From NCBI GenBank assembly GCA_963817915.1, contig CAWFQL010000012.1, positions 320,001 through 384,000 of the forward strand: 64,000 nucleotides of DNA, read 5' to 3'. This DNA is from an uncultured candidate division Zixibacteria bacterium (GTDB lineage Bacteria; Zixibacteria; MSB-5A5; UBA10806). This document shows positions 33,137 through 42,464 of the stretch, piece after piece (positions within the stretch are counted from its first letter, which is position 1; each line of letters begins with the position of its first letter). A program made the position numbers and the translations under genes. Below the pieces are notes generated by a model. It searched no databases. It was not told where the DNA came from and was given only the letters and a program-made list of their open reading frames with translations.

Positions 33137-33868
33137 TTAAACTCCCTTCCCGCCTGTTCTGAATGATTTCACGAATTCTATTTCGCTCTGGGAAAATTCC
33201 TGCGGCGTGCCTTCGAATAACGCTTCGCCGTCCTTAAGCAAAATCGTTTTTTGGGCAACAAATGCCGCGCTTTCCAGATCGTGGGTTACCACGATCACAG
33301 TGGTCCCCATCTGAACCTGAACTTTCTTTATTAACTCATTTATTGTCTGCGCAGTTATCGGGTCTAAGCCCGTAGTCGGCTCATCGAAGAAAATGTAATC
33401 AGGATTATTGGCCATGGCTCTGGCGAGCGCGATACGTTTCTGCATACCGCCCGAAAGCTCTGAAGGCATCAAAGACTCAGTGCCTTCCATTTCGACGAAA
33501 CTCAGCTTTTCCTCAACCCGTTGTTTAATCTCAAATTCCATCATCCTAGTATGTTCGCGAAGAGTAAATGCTACATTTTCGTAGACCGTCATTGAGTCGA
33601 AAAGCGCCGACCCCTGAAATAACATTCCCATCTTTTTGCGGACATCCATCATTTCCTGCTCTGAAAAATCTGTAGTATCGATATTATCGATAAATATGCT
33701 TCCCGAGTCAAACGGCATCAGCCGCAAGAGCACTCTCAAGAGCACGCTTTTGCCGGTCCCGGAACGGCCCAATACCACAGTGGTCTTGCCGCTTTCAAAT
33801 TCCAGACTAAGGTTCTTTAAGACTACCTTGTCGCCGAAATTTTTGCACAGTCCCGCGATTTTTATCAT
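33137..33868 (-). CDS. mlaF: MlaF-like ABC ATPase
   Basis: GRSGTGKS, LFQGSALFDS, ELSGGMQKR, FDEPTTGLDP. Confidence 0.92.
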   Translation of the reverse strand: MIKIAGLCKNFGDKVVLKNLSLEFESGKTTVVLGRSGTGKSVLLRVLLRLMPFDSGSIFIDNIDTTDFSEQEMMDVRKKMGMLFQGSALFDSMTVYENVAFTLREHTRMMEFEIKQRVEEKLSFVEMEGTESLMPSELSGGMQKRIALARAMANNPDYIFFDEPTTGLDPITAQTINELIKKVQVQMGTTVIVVTHDLESAAFVAQKTILLKDGEALFEGTPQEFSQSEIEFVKSFRTGGKGV

Positions 33869-34653
33869 ATTGGCCTTCCAACCAGAAAAAACAATTTCGT
33901 CATCAGAAAATCGAGCACGAATATGAAAATCGACGATACCACCACCGATATGGTTGTCGCGCTGCCAACCCCTTTAGTGCCTCCCGACGTATTCATTCCG
34001 AGATAGCACCCAAGTGTGCTTATTAAAATCGCGAAGACAAACGGTTTGACGAGACCCGAAACCAAATCCTCGATTAATACTGCATTGGTTACTGTCGTTT
34101 TGTACAATTCAAACCCTACATTCAAATTCGTGGTAGCGATTATCAATCCGCCGATCAGGCCGACAGCATCCGCCACAGCCACTAATAAGGGCATCATTAA
34201 GAAAAGCGCTATTATTCTGGTGACCACTAATTTTTTATATGGATCAGTCGCCATAGCTCTCATGGCGTCAATTTGATCCGTAACCTTCATTGATCCCAAT
34301 TCGGCAGTTATCCCCGCGCCTACTCTCCCGGCAACTACCAGAGCTGTAAGGACCGGCCCTAATTCCCTTACGATGGAAAGCGCCACCACGCTTCCGATAT
34401 AGGCCTTGGCACCGAATCTTCCCATCTCATTACCTGTCTGAAATGCCATGACCATGCCGGTAAATAGCCCCGTTAGCGAGACAATGGATAGCGATCTATA
34501 CCCGATCTGGTACATCTGCTCCAGAATTTCCCTGAAATAATAAGGCCGTCTAAAAAGAGCCTTAAATGATGTCCAGAGAAATACAAAGTATCTGTACGTA
34601 TGGGACAAAAAATTGCCCAATCCTGTATTGTAAAACAAATTCAATATTGCCAT
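33865..34653 (-). CDS. mlaE: MlaE-like ABC permease
   Basis: RELGPVLTALVVAGRVGA, AELGSMKVTDQIDAM, GGTKGVGSATT. Confidence 0.93.
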   Translation of the reverse strand: MAILNLFYNTGLGNFLSHTYRYFVFLWTSFKALFRRPYYFREILEQMYQIGYRSLSIVSLTGLFTGMVMAFQTGNEMGRFGAKAYIGSVVALSIVRELGPVLTALVVAGRVGAGITAELGSMKVTDQIDAMRAMATDPYKKLVVTRIIALFLMMPLLVAVADAVGLIGGLIIATTNLNVGFELYKTTVTNAVLIEDLVSGLVKPFVFAILISTLGCYLGMNTSGGTKGVGSATTISVVVSSIFIFVLDFLMTKLFFLVGRPI

Positions 34654-34962
34654 CAAATGCCAATCCTCATCACTCGCATCATAGGATACGATGCGTGATG
34701 ATTTCCATAATTATTTTCCATATCATTATATATCGACAAGAAAGTCAGCTTTACTTCGCACTGAAACCATTTTTTTCACTTCAACTCCAGCCATTAGTTG
34801 CATTAAAACGATTTTTTTGATTTGAAATAGCATACCGACTAAATACGCTAATAATTTTCGAATAGTTTCTTTATATTTTGCATTAAAACGGCCGCAAGTT
34901 ACAAAGCCCTCTAAAGACAAAAGGTCCAATGTCGTAAAAATCATAATCCAATAAAATATAGT

Positions 34963-34991
34963 TTGCGGCCATAACCGGTAATGGTTATTAT
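34963..34991 (+). promoter_or_regulatory. Sigma70-like promoter with an internal inverted repeat
   Basis: TTGCGG-N17-TATTAT; ATAACC (34971-34976) and GGTTAT (34983-34988) form an inverted repeat overlapping the -10. Confidence 0.45.
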
Positions 34992-35004
34992 TAAGTCGTG
35001 AGGT

Positions 35005-35112
35005 ATGCTTTACAAAGATCGGAGATATTCAAATCAATTCCGAAATTTTATGGCATATTCAAATTCCGCAGTAATCCTCCATATACCTGACAATAATTCA
35101 TATTGTCCGTGA
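35005..35112 (+). CDS. Putative leader peptide (uORF), 35 aa, ending Cys-Pro-UGA
   Basis: MLYKDRRYSNQFRNFMAYSNSAVILHIPDNNSYCP*; begins just after the predicted promoter; second in-frame ATG at 35050. Confidence 0.4.
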   Translation: MLYKDRRYSNQFRNFMAYSNSAVILHIPDNNSYCP

Positions 35113-35205
35113 GGCAATTTACCCAGAGCCAACGCCATTTAGCGGCGAATTAATTTTTTGCTCAAAATCTTTATCGAGCAGAAATGGCTATCACGGTAAA
35201 TCTGG
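35107..35205 (+). ncRNA. Putative structured cis-regulatory RNA with alternative pairings
   Basis: Nested stems ATTTACC/GGTAAAT, GCCATTT/AAATGGC, TGCTC/GAGCA; competing CCGTGA/TCACGG. Confidence 0.45.
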
Positions 35206-35253
35206 CTTATAGCTTTCGTCAGTTTTAGCAAAAATAGAAATTTGGAGGAATAC

Positions 35254-36537
35254 ATGTCTGATTATCAGCAAATGTGGCAGGAGCTCGGACTTGACCTGGG
35301 GATGCACGACGCATTGCTTGGAGGGCTTGGGCAGGCCTATCAAAACATATACTTAACTCAGAAAAATCGACCTGAAGGCATGAAATATTTTGATTTCGTG
35401 GTGAGCGAAGTGCATGGATTAAGAGTGAAAGAATTGAGAGATGCCCAAAAGCAGGGACGCAAGATAATTGGCTCATTTTGTACATTCGTACCCGAAGAGC
35501 TTGTATTGGCAGTCGATGGTATTTCGGTCGGTCTTTGTACTGGCGCCGAGTTCGGCTTCGAAGAGGCAGAAAAATATCTACCGAAAAATACCTGCGCCCT
35601 GATCAAGGCAACATTCGGTTTCAAGCTCTCCAAAGTCTGCCCCTATATAGAGACAGTGGACATGCTTGTGGGTGAGAATACGTGTGACGGCAAGAAGAAA
35701 TCCTACGAAATTCTGAATACTCTCGTGAAAAATCTATATGTAATGGATCTTCCTCAGATGAAATCAGTCGAGGGTTTGGCGTTGCTAAAAGCAGAATATA
35801 AGAAGTTTATGAGAAAACTCGAACAGATTTCCGGAAAGGCTATTGACTTTGCTGGCCTCAAGAAAGGAATTGAGATTGCCAATAATAAACGGAAGGCGAT
35901 GCACAGGCTCGCGCGGCTCCGCTCAGCGGATCCGGCGCCGATAAGCGGTCTCGATGCTCTTTTGATCAATCAAGTGTTTTTCTACGACGATCCAGCTCGC
36001 TTCACTCAATCCGTAAACAACATATGCGATGAAATCGAGAATAGAATTAAATCAGGGCAGGGCGTTTTCCCCTCGAACACACCCCGGATTCTCTTGTCAG
36101 GCTGTCCGATGGCCGTGCCCAATTGGAAAGTCCCTTATATCATTGAAAATACTGGAGCGGTTGTTGTGGGCGAGGAATCCTGTGTCGGCGAGCGAGGCAC
36201 GCGCAATCTTGTTTCCAATTCCGGCAATACAATCGATGAGCTCCTCGATAACATAGTGAGTCGATATTTTGAAATCGATTGCGCCATATTCACTCCCAAC
36301 GCTTCCAGGCAAGATCATATTAGAGAAATGGCAAAAAATTATGGCGCCGACGGCGTTATTCATTATTGCCTTCAATTCTGCCAGCCCTACCAAATCGAAA
36401 GCGGTATTGTAGAGAAATCGTTGGAGAAGGATAAAATTCCCGTGCTGCGCCTGGAAACCGATTATAGTCAGGAAGATGCAGGGCAGATCAAGACTCGAGT
36501 CGAAGCCTTCGTAGAAAGAATCGGAAGCAGAAAATGA
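35254..36537 (+). CDS. Double-cubane [8Fe-9S] cluster reductase (DCCP; HgdB/YjiM-like family)
   Basis: NRPEGMKYFD, HGLRVKEL; six Cys motifs FCTF, NTCAL, TCDGKKK, ESCVGER, DCAIFTPN, QFCQPY; ends QIKTRVEAFVE; GGAGG SD before ATG 35254. Confidence 0.9.
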   Translation: MSDYQQMWQELGLDLGMHDALLGGLGQAYQNIYLTQKNRPEGMKYFDFVVSEVHGLRVKELRDAQKQGRKIIGSFCTFVPEELVLAVDGISVGLCTGAEFGFEEAEKYLPKNTCALIKATFGFKLSKVCPYIETVDMLVGENTCDGKKKSYEILNTLVKNLYVMDLPQMKSVEGLALLKAEYKKFMRKLEQISGKAIDFAGLKKGIEIANNKRKAMHRLARLRSADPAPISGLDALLINQVFFYDDPARFTQSVNNICDEIENRIKSGQGVFPSNTPRILLSGCPMAVPNWKVPYIIENTGAVVVGEESCVGERGTRNLVSNSGNTIDELLDNIVSRYFEIDCAIFTPNASRQDHIREMAKNYGADGVIHYCLQFCQPYQIESGIVEKSLEKDKIPVLRLETDYSQEDAGQIKTRVEAFVERIGSRK

Positions 36538-37283
36538 TTTCTGTGGGAGTCGATATAGGTTCAAGAACTGTGAAACTGGCCGTTATAGACAACGGCCAGT
36601 TGACCATTGCATCGAAACGAGAAAATACATTCGATCCTATGGCGGTTTGCCGCGAAATGCTTGATGGCGTTGATTATGATATAATTACGGCAACCGGCTA
36701 TGGACGGCATCTATTCGCGGGCCAATTTGCATGCAAAGTCATCAGCGAAATAAAAGCGTTCAGCCTGGGAGCAATAGCCGGAATCCCCACATGCAGAACA
36801 ATCCTCGATATCGGCGGACAGGATATGAAGGTGATTTCGCTTGATGATCGCAGCAACGTTGTCAAATTCGAAATGAACGACAAATGCTCCGCCGGCACCG
36901 GCCGTTTCCTGGAGATAATGGCGATGATTTTAGGTTGCGATCTGAATCATTTTGGGGCTGTTGCTCTTTCCGCGGCCAAAGCTGAAAAAATTAATAGTAC
37001 CTGTACTGTCTTCGCGGAATCGGAAGTAGTATCAATGTTGTCGCGGGGGGCGAGCCGGGAAGATATCGCCTTGGGTATTCATAATTCGATAGTTGGCCGC
37101 GCCAGATCTATGCTGGGAAGAGTAGCTCTGGAAGATGATTTGGTTTTCGTGGGCGGAGTTGCCTTGAATCTATGCGTATCTCAGCTTCTCGGTGATTCGC
37201 TAAAAAGAAAAATAATCACGCCCGATGCTCCCCAGCTTATTGGAGCCTATGGATGTGCTTTATACGGTGTTGAAGATAAATAA
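36534..37283 (+). CDS. ASKHA-type ATP-dependent [4Fe-4S] activator (DCCP-R/HgdC-like)
   Basis: GVDIGSRTVK, ATGYGR, DIGGQD, MNDKCSAGTGRF, CTVFAESE; ATGA overlap with DCCP. Confidence 0.93.
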   Translation: MISVGVDIGSRTVKLAVIDNGQLTIASKRENTFDPMAVCREMLDGVDYDIITATGYGRHLFAGQFACKVISEIKAFSLGAIAGIPTCRTILDIGGQDMKVISLDDRSNVVKFEMNDKCSAGTGRFLEIMAMILGCDLNHFGAVALSAAKAEKINSTCTVFAESEVVSMLSRGASREDIALGIHNSIVGRARSMLGRVALEDDLVFVGGVALNLCVSQLLGDSLKRKIITPDAPQLIGAYGCALYGVEDK

Positions 37284-37382
37284 ACAGGCGGTGAAATAAA
37301 CGCCCGATTATTTTGGCCATATTTTTCATAAGAATGCGCTCTTATATCGCTCTCATATTTAAGTTGCAATTGTGATTTTTCC

Positions 37383-37409
37383 TGTAACAAATCAAATCCG
37401 ACTTTCGTA
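37383..37409 (+). promoter_or_regulatory. Possible ECF-sigma promoter (TGTAAC-N17-CGTA)
   Basis: About 135 nt upstream of the DUF5916-like gene. Confidence 0.35.
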
Positions 37410-37543
37410 GATAAAGTCGGCTCTATAGAGTTTCGAACGACGGTTCGAGGCAATAAATTTTCGGGCCAGGAATAATTGCTGACAAGCTTTTATATGGCTG
37501 TATCAATAGAATTTATCCTTAAGCGCAGGAAAGGAAATCAGCG

Positions 37544-39826
37544 ATGTTTATAAAAGATAATCAGGCAATCATTAGAAAGACTTTCATAATCTGCATATTC
37601 TTTGCCTGCGTTTTTTCATCGATCATTGCTCTAGCCGAAGATGATTTCAAACCGTTATTCAAGCCATCATTAACTATTACAAAAGCAACCGGGCCAATCA
37701 CAATAGACGGATATCTGGACGATCCCGGATGGAAGGATGCGGCCCGAATTGATAATTTTGTAGAGCGCTTTCCTGGCGACAATACAAAGCCCGAAGTGAC
37801 AACCACAATGATGATCACTTATGATGAAAATAATTTATATGTAGCGTTCAATTGCCTGGATGATCCGAAAAAACTAAGAGCGACCCTATGCCAGCGCGAC
37901 CAGTATTCTGGAGATGATTGGGTCGGACTTTTAATTGATACATATGGAGAAGGCTCCTGGGCTTACGAATTTAGGGCAAATCCTTACGGGATTCAGAACG
38001 ATGTACTCTGGACAAAAATCGGCGGCGAAAACGAAGGCTTCGATCTTGTCTGGGAATCAATTGGAAAAATTACTGCCACCGGCTACCAAGTGGAATTTGC
38101 GATACCATTTTCAAGCATGCGTTTCCCCAATAAAGAAATTCAAACGTGGCGCATGGATTTCTGGCGAACCCGTCCCCGTGAAAGCTATATCCAATATTCC
38201 TGGGCGGCCAATGATCGCAATGAACAATGCTGGCCCTGCCAATGGGGAACAGTTGCGGGCATTAGGGGAGTTCGTCCCGGTCAGGGAATCGAAATATTAC
38301 CTTCATTAGTCGGTTCGCAATCCGGAAGTCTCATTTCCGATACAACCGGTTTGCATTTTAAAAACAATAAATCCAAAACCGATTTGTCGATCGGCGCGAA
38401 ATATTCAATATCATCAGATGTTACCGCCGAAGCTTCTTATAATCCCGATTTTAGTCAGGTTGAATCTGATGCCGCGCAGATCGATGTAAATACAACATTT
38501 GCATTAATGTACCCTGAAAAACGTCCCTTTTTCCAGGAAGGCGCGGATCTCTTCAGGACATTATTCAATTCTTTTTATACTCGCACGATCAATGATCCAA
38601 GGTACGCTGCCAAACTAACTGCGAGAAGAGATGGAATGAATCTCGCGTTTCTTTCTGCCTATGATGAAAAGACACCCTATATAATTCCTCGCGAAGAAAG
38701 CAGCATTCTCTTCAATTCCGGGAAAAGCCTGGTTAATGTCTTGAGAGGCTTGAAAACTTACGGCAACAATTCCCAGATTGGATTCATCTTGAATGACAGG
38801 CGGTTCGAGCAAGATGGCTCCAATACTGTTTTCGCGCTCGATCACGATATCCGTTTGACAAATAACTATAGCATAGATGGTCAATATATCGTAACACACA
38901 CCCGCGAAGGTAAAACCTCTTCAAGGAATCCGGATTTCGAAGGGATAATCTTTGGCAATGGCAAACATTCCGCAATATTCAATGGCGAATCATTTTGGGG
39001 CAGCGCGTCGGTAACAGAGCTAAAGCGAAATTCTCGGCATTCATCTTTCAGGGTGGGATATACTCAAGTTTCTCCGGCCTATAGAACTGAAACAGGATAT
39101 GATCCTCTAATTAATTATAGAGACCTTTATTCTTACTATGGATATGCCATTTACCCTAAGGCAGGCCTTTTCACTCAATTTACTCCGGAATTGAACGGGG
39201 AAATGAGATGGACCTACAATGGCGACAAAACCCGCGAATATGGTGTTGTGGGATTTGAAAGCAACCTGCGGTTGTTACAGACTTATTGGTCGGTAAATTA
39301 TAAATATGGCTCCGAGGTATGGAACAGAATTAAATTTGACCATTTATGGACCGTAGAAAATAGATTAAATAGCAGTATCAGCAATCAGATTGGTTATTAT
39401 TTTAATATCGATTACGGTGACGATTTCGCCCGCTATCAACTTGTCAAAATGCGGTATCTATCAATCAATGCCGGCTTGACCTTAAAGCCTATCAATAGTC
39501 TGGTTATCGAGCCAGATTATAGTTACTACGGTGGCAGAGAGCTTGTTACCAGGGCCCGCTTATTTGATGGCTATATCGTCAGGGTGAGAACCCAATTCCA
39601 AATTGCCCGCGAGCTTTCATTGCGGCTGGTAGTCCAATATAATAAATTCTCGAAAGATTGGCAGGTAGACCCGCTAATAACCTATCGACTCAGTTCCTTC
39701 TCGCTGTTCTACATCGGCTCGTCTCATAATTATATCGATATGCCCAACAGCATCAATAATCAGAATGAATGGAAACTCAATCAGAGGCAGTTTTTCCTGA
39801 AGCTCCAATATTTATTCCAGATATAG
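37544..39826 (+). CDS. CBM9-like domain plus DUF5916-like outer-membrane beta-barrel protein
   Basis: Signal peptide, ITIDGYLDDPGW, YDENNLYVAF, VEFAIPFSSMRF, NPDFSQVESD, PEKRPFFQEG, C-terminal KLQYLFQI. Confidence 0.85.
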   Translation: MFIKDNQAIIRKTFIICIFFACVFSSIIALAEDDFKPLFKPSLTITKATGPITIDGYLDDPGWKDAARIDNFVERFPGDNTKPEVTTTMMITYDENNLYVAFNCLDDPKKLRATLCQRDQYSGDDWVGLLIDTYGEGSWAYEFRANPYGIQNDVLWTKIGGENEGFDLVWESIGKITATGYQVEFAIPFSSMRFPNKEIQTWRMDFWRTRPRESYIQYSWAANDRNEQCWPCQWGTVAGIRGVRPGQGIEILPSLVGSQSGSLISDTTGLHFKNNKSKTDLSIGAKYSISSDVTAEASYNPDFSQVESDAAQIDVNTTFALMYPEKRPFFQEGADLFRTLFNSFYTRTINDPRYAAKLTARRDGMNLAFLSAYDEKTPYIIPREESSILFNSGKSLVNVLRGLKTYGNNSQIGFILNDRRFEQDGSNTVFALDHDIRLTNNYSIDGQYIVTHTREGKTSSRNPDFEGIIFGNGKHSAIFNGESFWGSASVTELKRNSRHSSFRVGYTQVSPAYRTETGYDPLINYRDLYSYYGYAIYPKAGLFTQFTPELNGEMRWTYNGDKTREYGVVGFESNLRLLQTYWSVNYKYGSEVWNRIKFDHLWTVENRLNSSISNQIGYYFNIDYGDDFARYQLVKMRYLSINAGLTLKPINSLVIEPDYSYYGGRELVTRARLFDGYIVRVRTQFQIARELSLRLVVQYNKFSKDWQVDPLITYRLSSFSLFYIGSSHNYIDMPNSINNQNEWKLNQRQFFLKLQYLFQI

Positions 39827-39856
39827 GATACTAAGGAATATTTTGAAAAATATAAA

Positions 39857-41077
39857 TTACTCGTAGCGTAGCGCTTCGATTGGATCGAGCAGCGAGGCTT
39901 TACGAGCAGGATATATTCCGAAAAATATCCCGACCGCGAATGAAAAAATAAACGAAACAGCCACTGCGCTCGGAGCTATGAATGTATTCCATCCGAAGAA
40001 TTCTGTCATTCCATATGATCCACCGATTCCTACCAGGATACCGATGAGGCCACCAAGCAACGCCAGCGTGACAGATTCCATTACAAACTGCATCATTATA
40101 TCCCGTCTTCTTGCCCCGACCGCCATTCGTACGCCTATCTCACGTGTTCTTTCTGTCACAGAAACAAGCATGATATTCATGATTCCTATTCCGCCCACAA
40201 TCAATGACACCAGCGCCACACCAGCTAATAAATATGTCATTGTCTCAGTGGTCTGCTGACGGGCCGCGGCAAAATCCGATTGTGATTGTAGCGAGAAATC
40301 ATTGTCCTGATCCGGTCTTAGTCTATGGGATTTTCGCAGTATTCTTTCCAGTTCCACATATACCGATGGTAGGGGAGTATCGCTTTTCATCTTGGCTACC
40401 AATCGATTTAAGTGATCAACCCCGAATAATCGTTTCATCGCCGTTGTGTAGGGTATCAACACTATATCATCGAAATCGAGCCATCCGCCCGAAGCTCCTT
40501 TGGATGCTGTCACACCAATGACTTCGAATTGCAATCGTCCGATTCTGATTGTCTGACCGATAGGGTTAATTCCGCCGAAAAGATTCTTCACAACTGTCGG
40601 TCCGATTATCGCCACTCGATCTACGGCATTAATTTCGCGTTCGCCAAAATTGGCGCCATCAGCAATTTTAAAATCCCGCATTTCAAGATATTCTGGTCCC
40701 GAACCGATCACTGTCGAATTCCAATTCTGATTTCCATAGATCAGCTGGAATGGCCTTTGCATTTCAGGTATTACATGCTCGATCGTGGTATTTTCGGTTT
40801 TTAGCCTTCTCAAATCCTTGTCATCAAATCCGCGAGCGGAGCCCACTGCCGAATGCACTCCGCCATGGCCATGTTCCGCTCCGCTATTGATGTATATTAA
40901 ATCTGTCCCAAGTGCTGCCAAACGATCCGCCACCGCTTTGCGCGCTCCCTGCCCTAATGAAATCATCGTAATTACCGCGCCGACTCCGATTATAATGCCG
41001 AGCATTGTCAATAAGGCTCGGATCTTATTGGCTAAAAGCGCAGTAACGCTGACGTTGAAGAACTCACCCCACTTCAT
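39857..41077 (-). CDS. MacB/FtsX-like ABC permease without ATPase domain
   Basis: LTMLGIIIGV, VGGIGIMNIMLVSVTERTREIG, PARKASLLDPIEALRYE; ATG 41077 overlaps the upstream TGA. Confidence 0.93.
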   Translation of the reverse strand: MKWGEFFNVSVTALLANKIRALLTMLGIIIGVGAVITMISLGQGARKAVADRLAALGTDLIYINSGAEHGHGGVHSAVGSARGFDDKDLRRLKTENTTIEHVIPEMQRPFQLIYGNQNWNSTVIGSGPEYLEMRDFKIADGANFGEREINAVDRVAIIGPTVVKNLFGGINPIGQTIRIGRLQFEVIGVTASKGASGGWLDFDDIVLIPYTTAMKRLFGVDHLNRLVAKMKSDTPLPSVYVELERILRKSHRLRPDQDNDFSLQSQSDFAAARQQTTETMTYLLAGVALVSLIVGGIGIMNIMLVSVTERTREIGVRMAVGARRRDIMMQFVMESVTLALLGGLIGILVGIGGSYGMTEFFGWNTFIAPSAVAVSFIFSFAVGIFFGIYPARKASLLDPIEALRYE

Positions 41078-42381
41078 CGACCCTGCCTCTGCATCCCGGG
41101 TATCTGACTCCAATTCTTCATTTGATTCAGCATATCTTCTCGCTGCAAAAGGGCTTTAGATGTCACTGTCGTCAGCACCGTATCGCCTTCATTCAATCCC
41201 GACAGTATTTCTGCCTGCTCGAAATTAGCCAGGCCTAATTCAATTTGCTTGGGCTCCTGTTTGCCATTATTAACGACTATTACTACTTTGGAGGGCGCCT
41301 TGGCCATTCCTGATGAATCGGAAGTATTGCCGCCATGGAATCCGCCGGGACCGCCTTCTCTCTGTCTATTGCCTTGGCCTTCCCTTTGATCATTTGAATC
41401 TCTCCGTCCCGAAGGAGGCCCGCCGCCATTACTTCCGATTAATCTGACTATGCTTCTCGCATCGGTAAGGGCCGAACGAGGTACCAAGAGAACATCTCTC
41501 CTCGAACCAGCTATTATTTCGACATTGGCATTCATTCCCGCCATCAGCAAGTCTTCAGAATTATCCACCTCGGTCGTGACATTGAATGTAGTGACATTCT
41601 GCGATACCTCTGCTAATGGGTGAATGCGCAATACCCGACCCGCGAATTCTTTGTCGGGATAGCTTTCCGCAATAACAGTAGCCTCCTGACCGATTTGAAT
41701 CTGCCCGATATCGACTTCATCCACCGATGTGCTGATATAAGCCTTCGATAAATCCGCCAATGTCGCCAACGTTGTCCCGCCTGAAACTGTCGAAATTCCC
41801 GACGCGATTATCTGTCCTTTGGTTACATATTTTTTTAATACGATACCGTCAATGGGTGATTTGACTATAGTATCTCTAAAACGTTCTGCCGCGTTTTCCA
41901 GGGTTGTTTTGGCTCTGACTAAATTTGAATTGGCCTGTTCTTTGGTAAGTAATGCATTTTCGTAATCAAGTTCTGAAATAAGCTTTTGCTCGAAAAGCTG
42001 TCGTTGCCGCTCAGCTTCTTTGGTTGATTGCGACAACGCTTTTTCGGCTACTTTCAAATCTGCCGCCGCCTGATCGTAATCATTTTTGGTGGTAGTCGTA
42101 TCCAATCGAGCAATAAGCTGACCTTTGAAGACTTTGTCCCCCTCTTCAACCGAGATATCAATAATTTCGCCGGATGCTTTGGATTTAAGCTCGACAGTCA
42201 ATATCGGCTCAACCACGCCGGTCGAATTAACCGTTATAGTCAAATTTCCCTTTTTGACAACCGCGGTAGATATCTTCGTCGCGTCACTTTCGGCAGGTTT
42301 ATTTTTACCAAATGGTTTTAAAATTAATATTAAGATCCCAATAACTATGACTATCCCAGACACCAATAATATTTTCTTCAT
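41074..42381 (-). CDS. Efflux periplasmic adaptor (MacA-like)
   Basis: N-terminal TM, VELKSKASGEI, VKSPIDGIV, VDEVDIGQI, GMNANVEI; Gly-rich insert. Confidence 0.9.
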   Translation of the reverse strand: MKKILLVSGIVIVIGILILILKPFGKNKPAESDATKISTAVVKKGNLTITVNSTGVVEPILTVELKSKASGEIIDISVEEGDKVFKGQLIARLDTTTTKNDYDQAAADLKVAEKALSQSTKEAERQRQLFEQKLISELDYENALLTKEQANSNLVRAKTTLENAAERFRDTIVKSPIDGIVLKKYVTKGQIIASGISTVSGGTTLATLADLSKAYISTSVDEVDIGQIQIGQEATVIAESYPDKEFAGRVLRIHPLAEVSQNVTTFNVTTEVDNSEDLLMAGMNANVEIIAGSRRDVLLVPRSALTDARSIVRLIGSNGGGPPSGRRDSNDQREGQGNRQREGGPGGFHGGNTSDSSGMAKAPSKVVIVVNNGKQEPKQIELGLANFEQAEILSGLNEGDTVLTTVTSKALLQREDMLNQMKNWSQIPGMQRQGR

Positions 42382-42419
42382 CGATTTCTCCTCAAAATAT
42401 TAAACATCCACCATCTTTA

Positions 42420-42447
42420 TTAGACCCATTAGGTGAGAAAATGTTCA
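42420..42447 (-). promoter_or_regulatory. Possible RpoE-type ECF promoter (TGAAC-N17-GTCTAA)
   Basis: Minus strand tgaac attttctcacctaatgg gtctaa, about 40 nt upstream of the adaptor ATG. Confidence 0.5.
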
Positions 42448-42464
42448 TATCAAATCCACAAATA

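Noticed and set aside
34726..34944. 72-aa minus-strand ORF upstream of mlaE
   Set aside because: AT-rich, no SD and no recognisable motif; probably spurious
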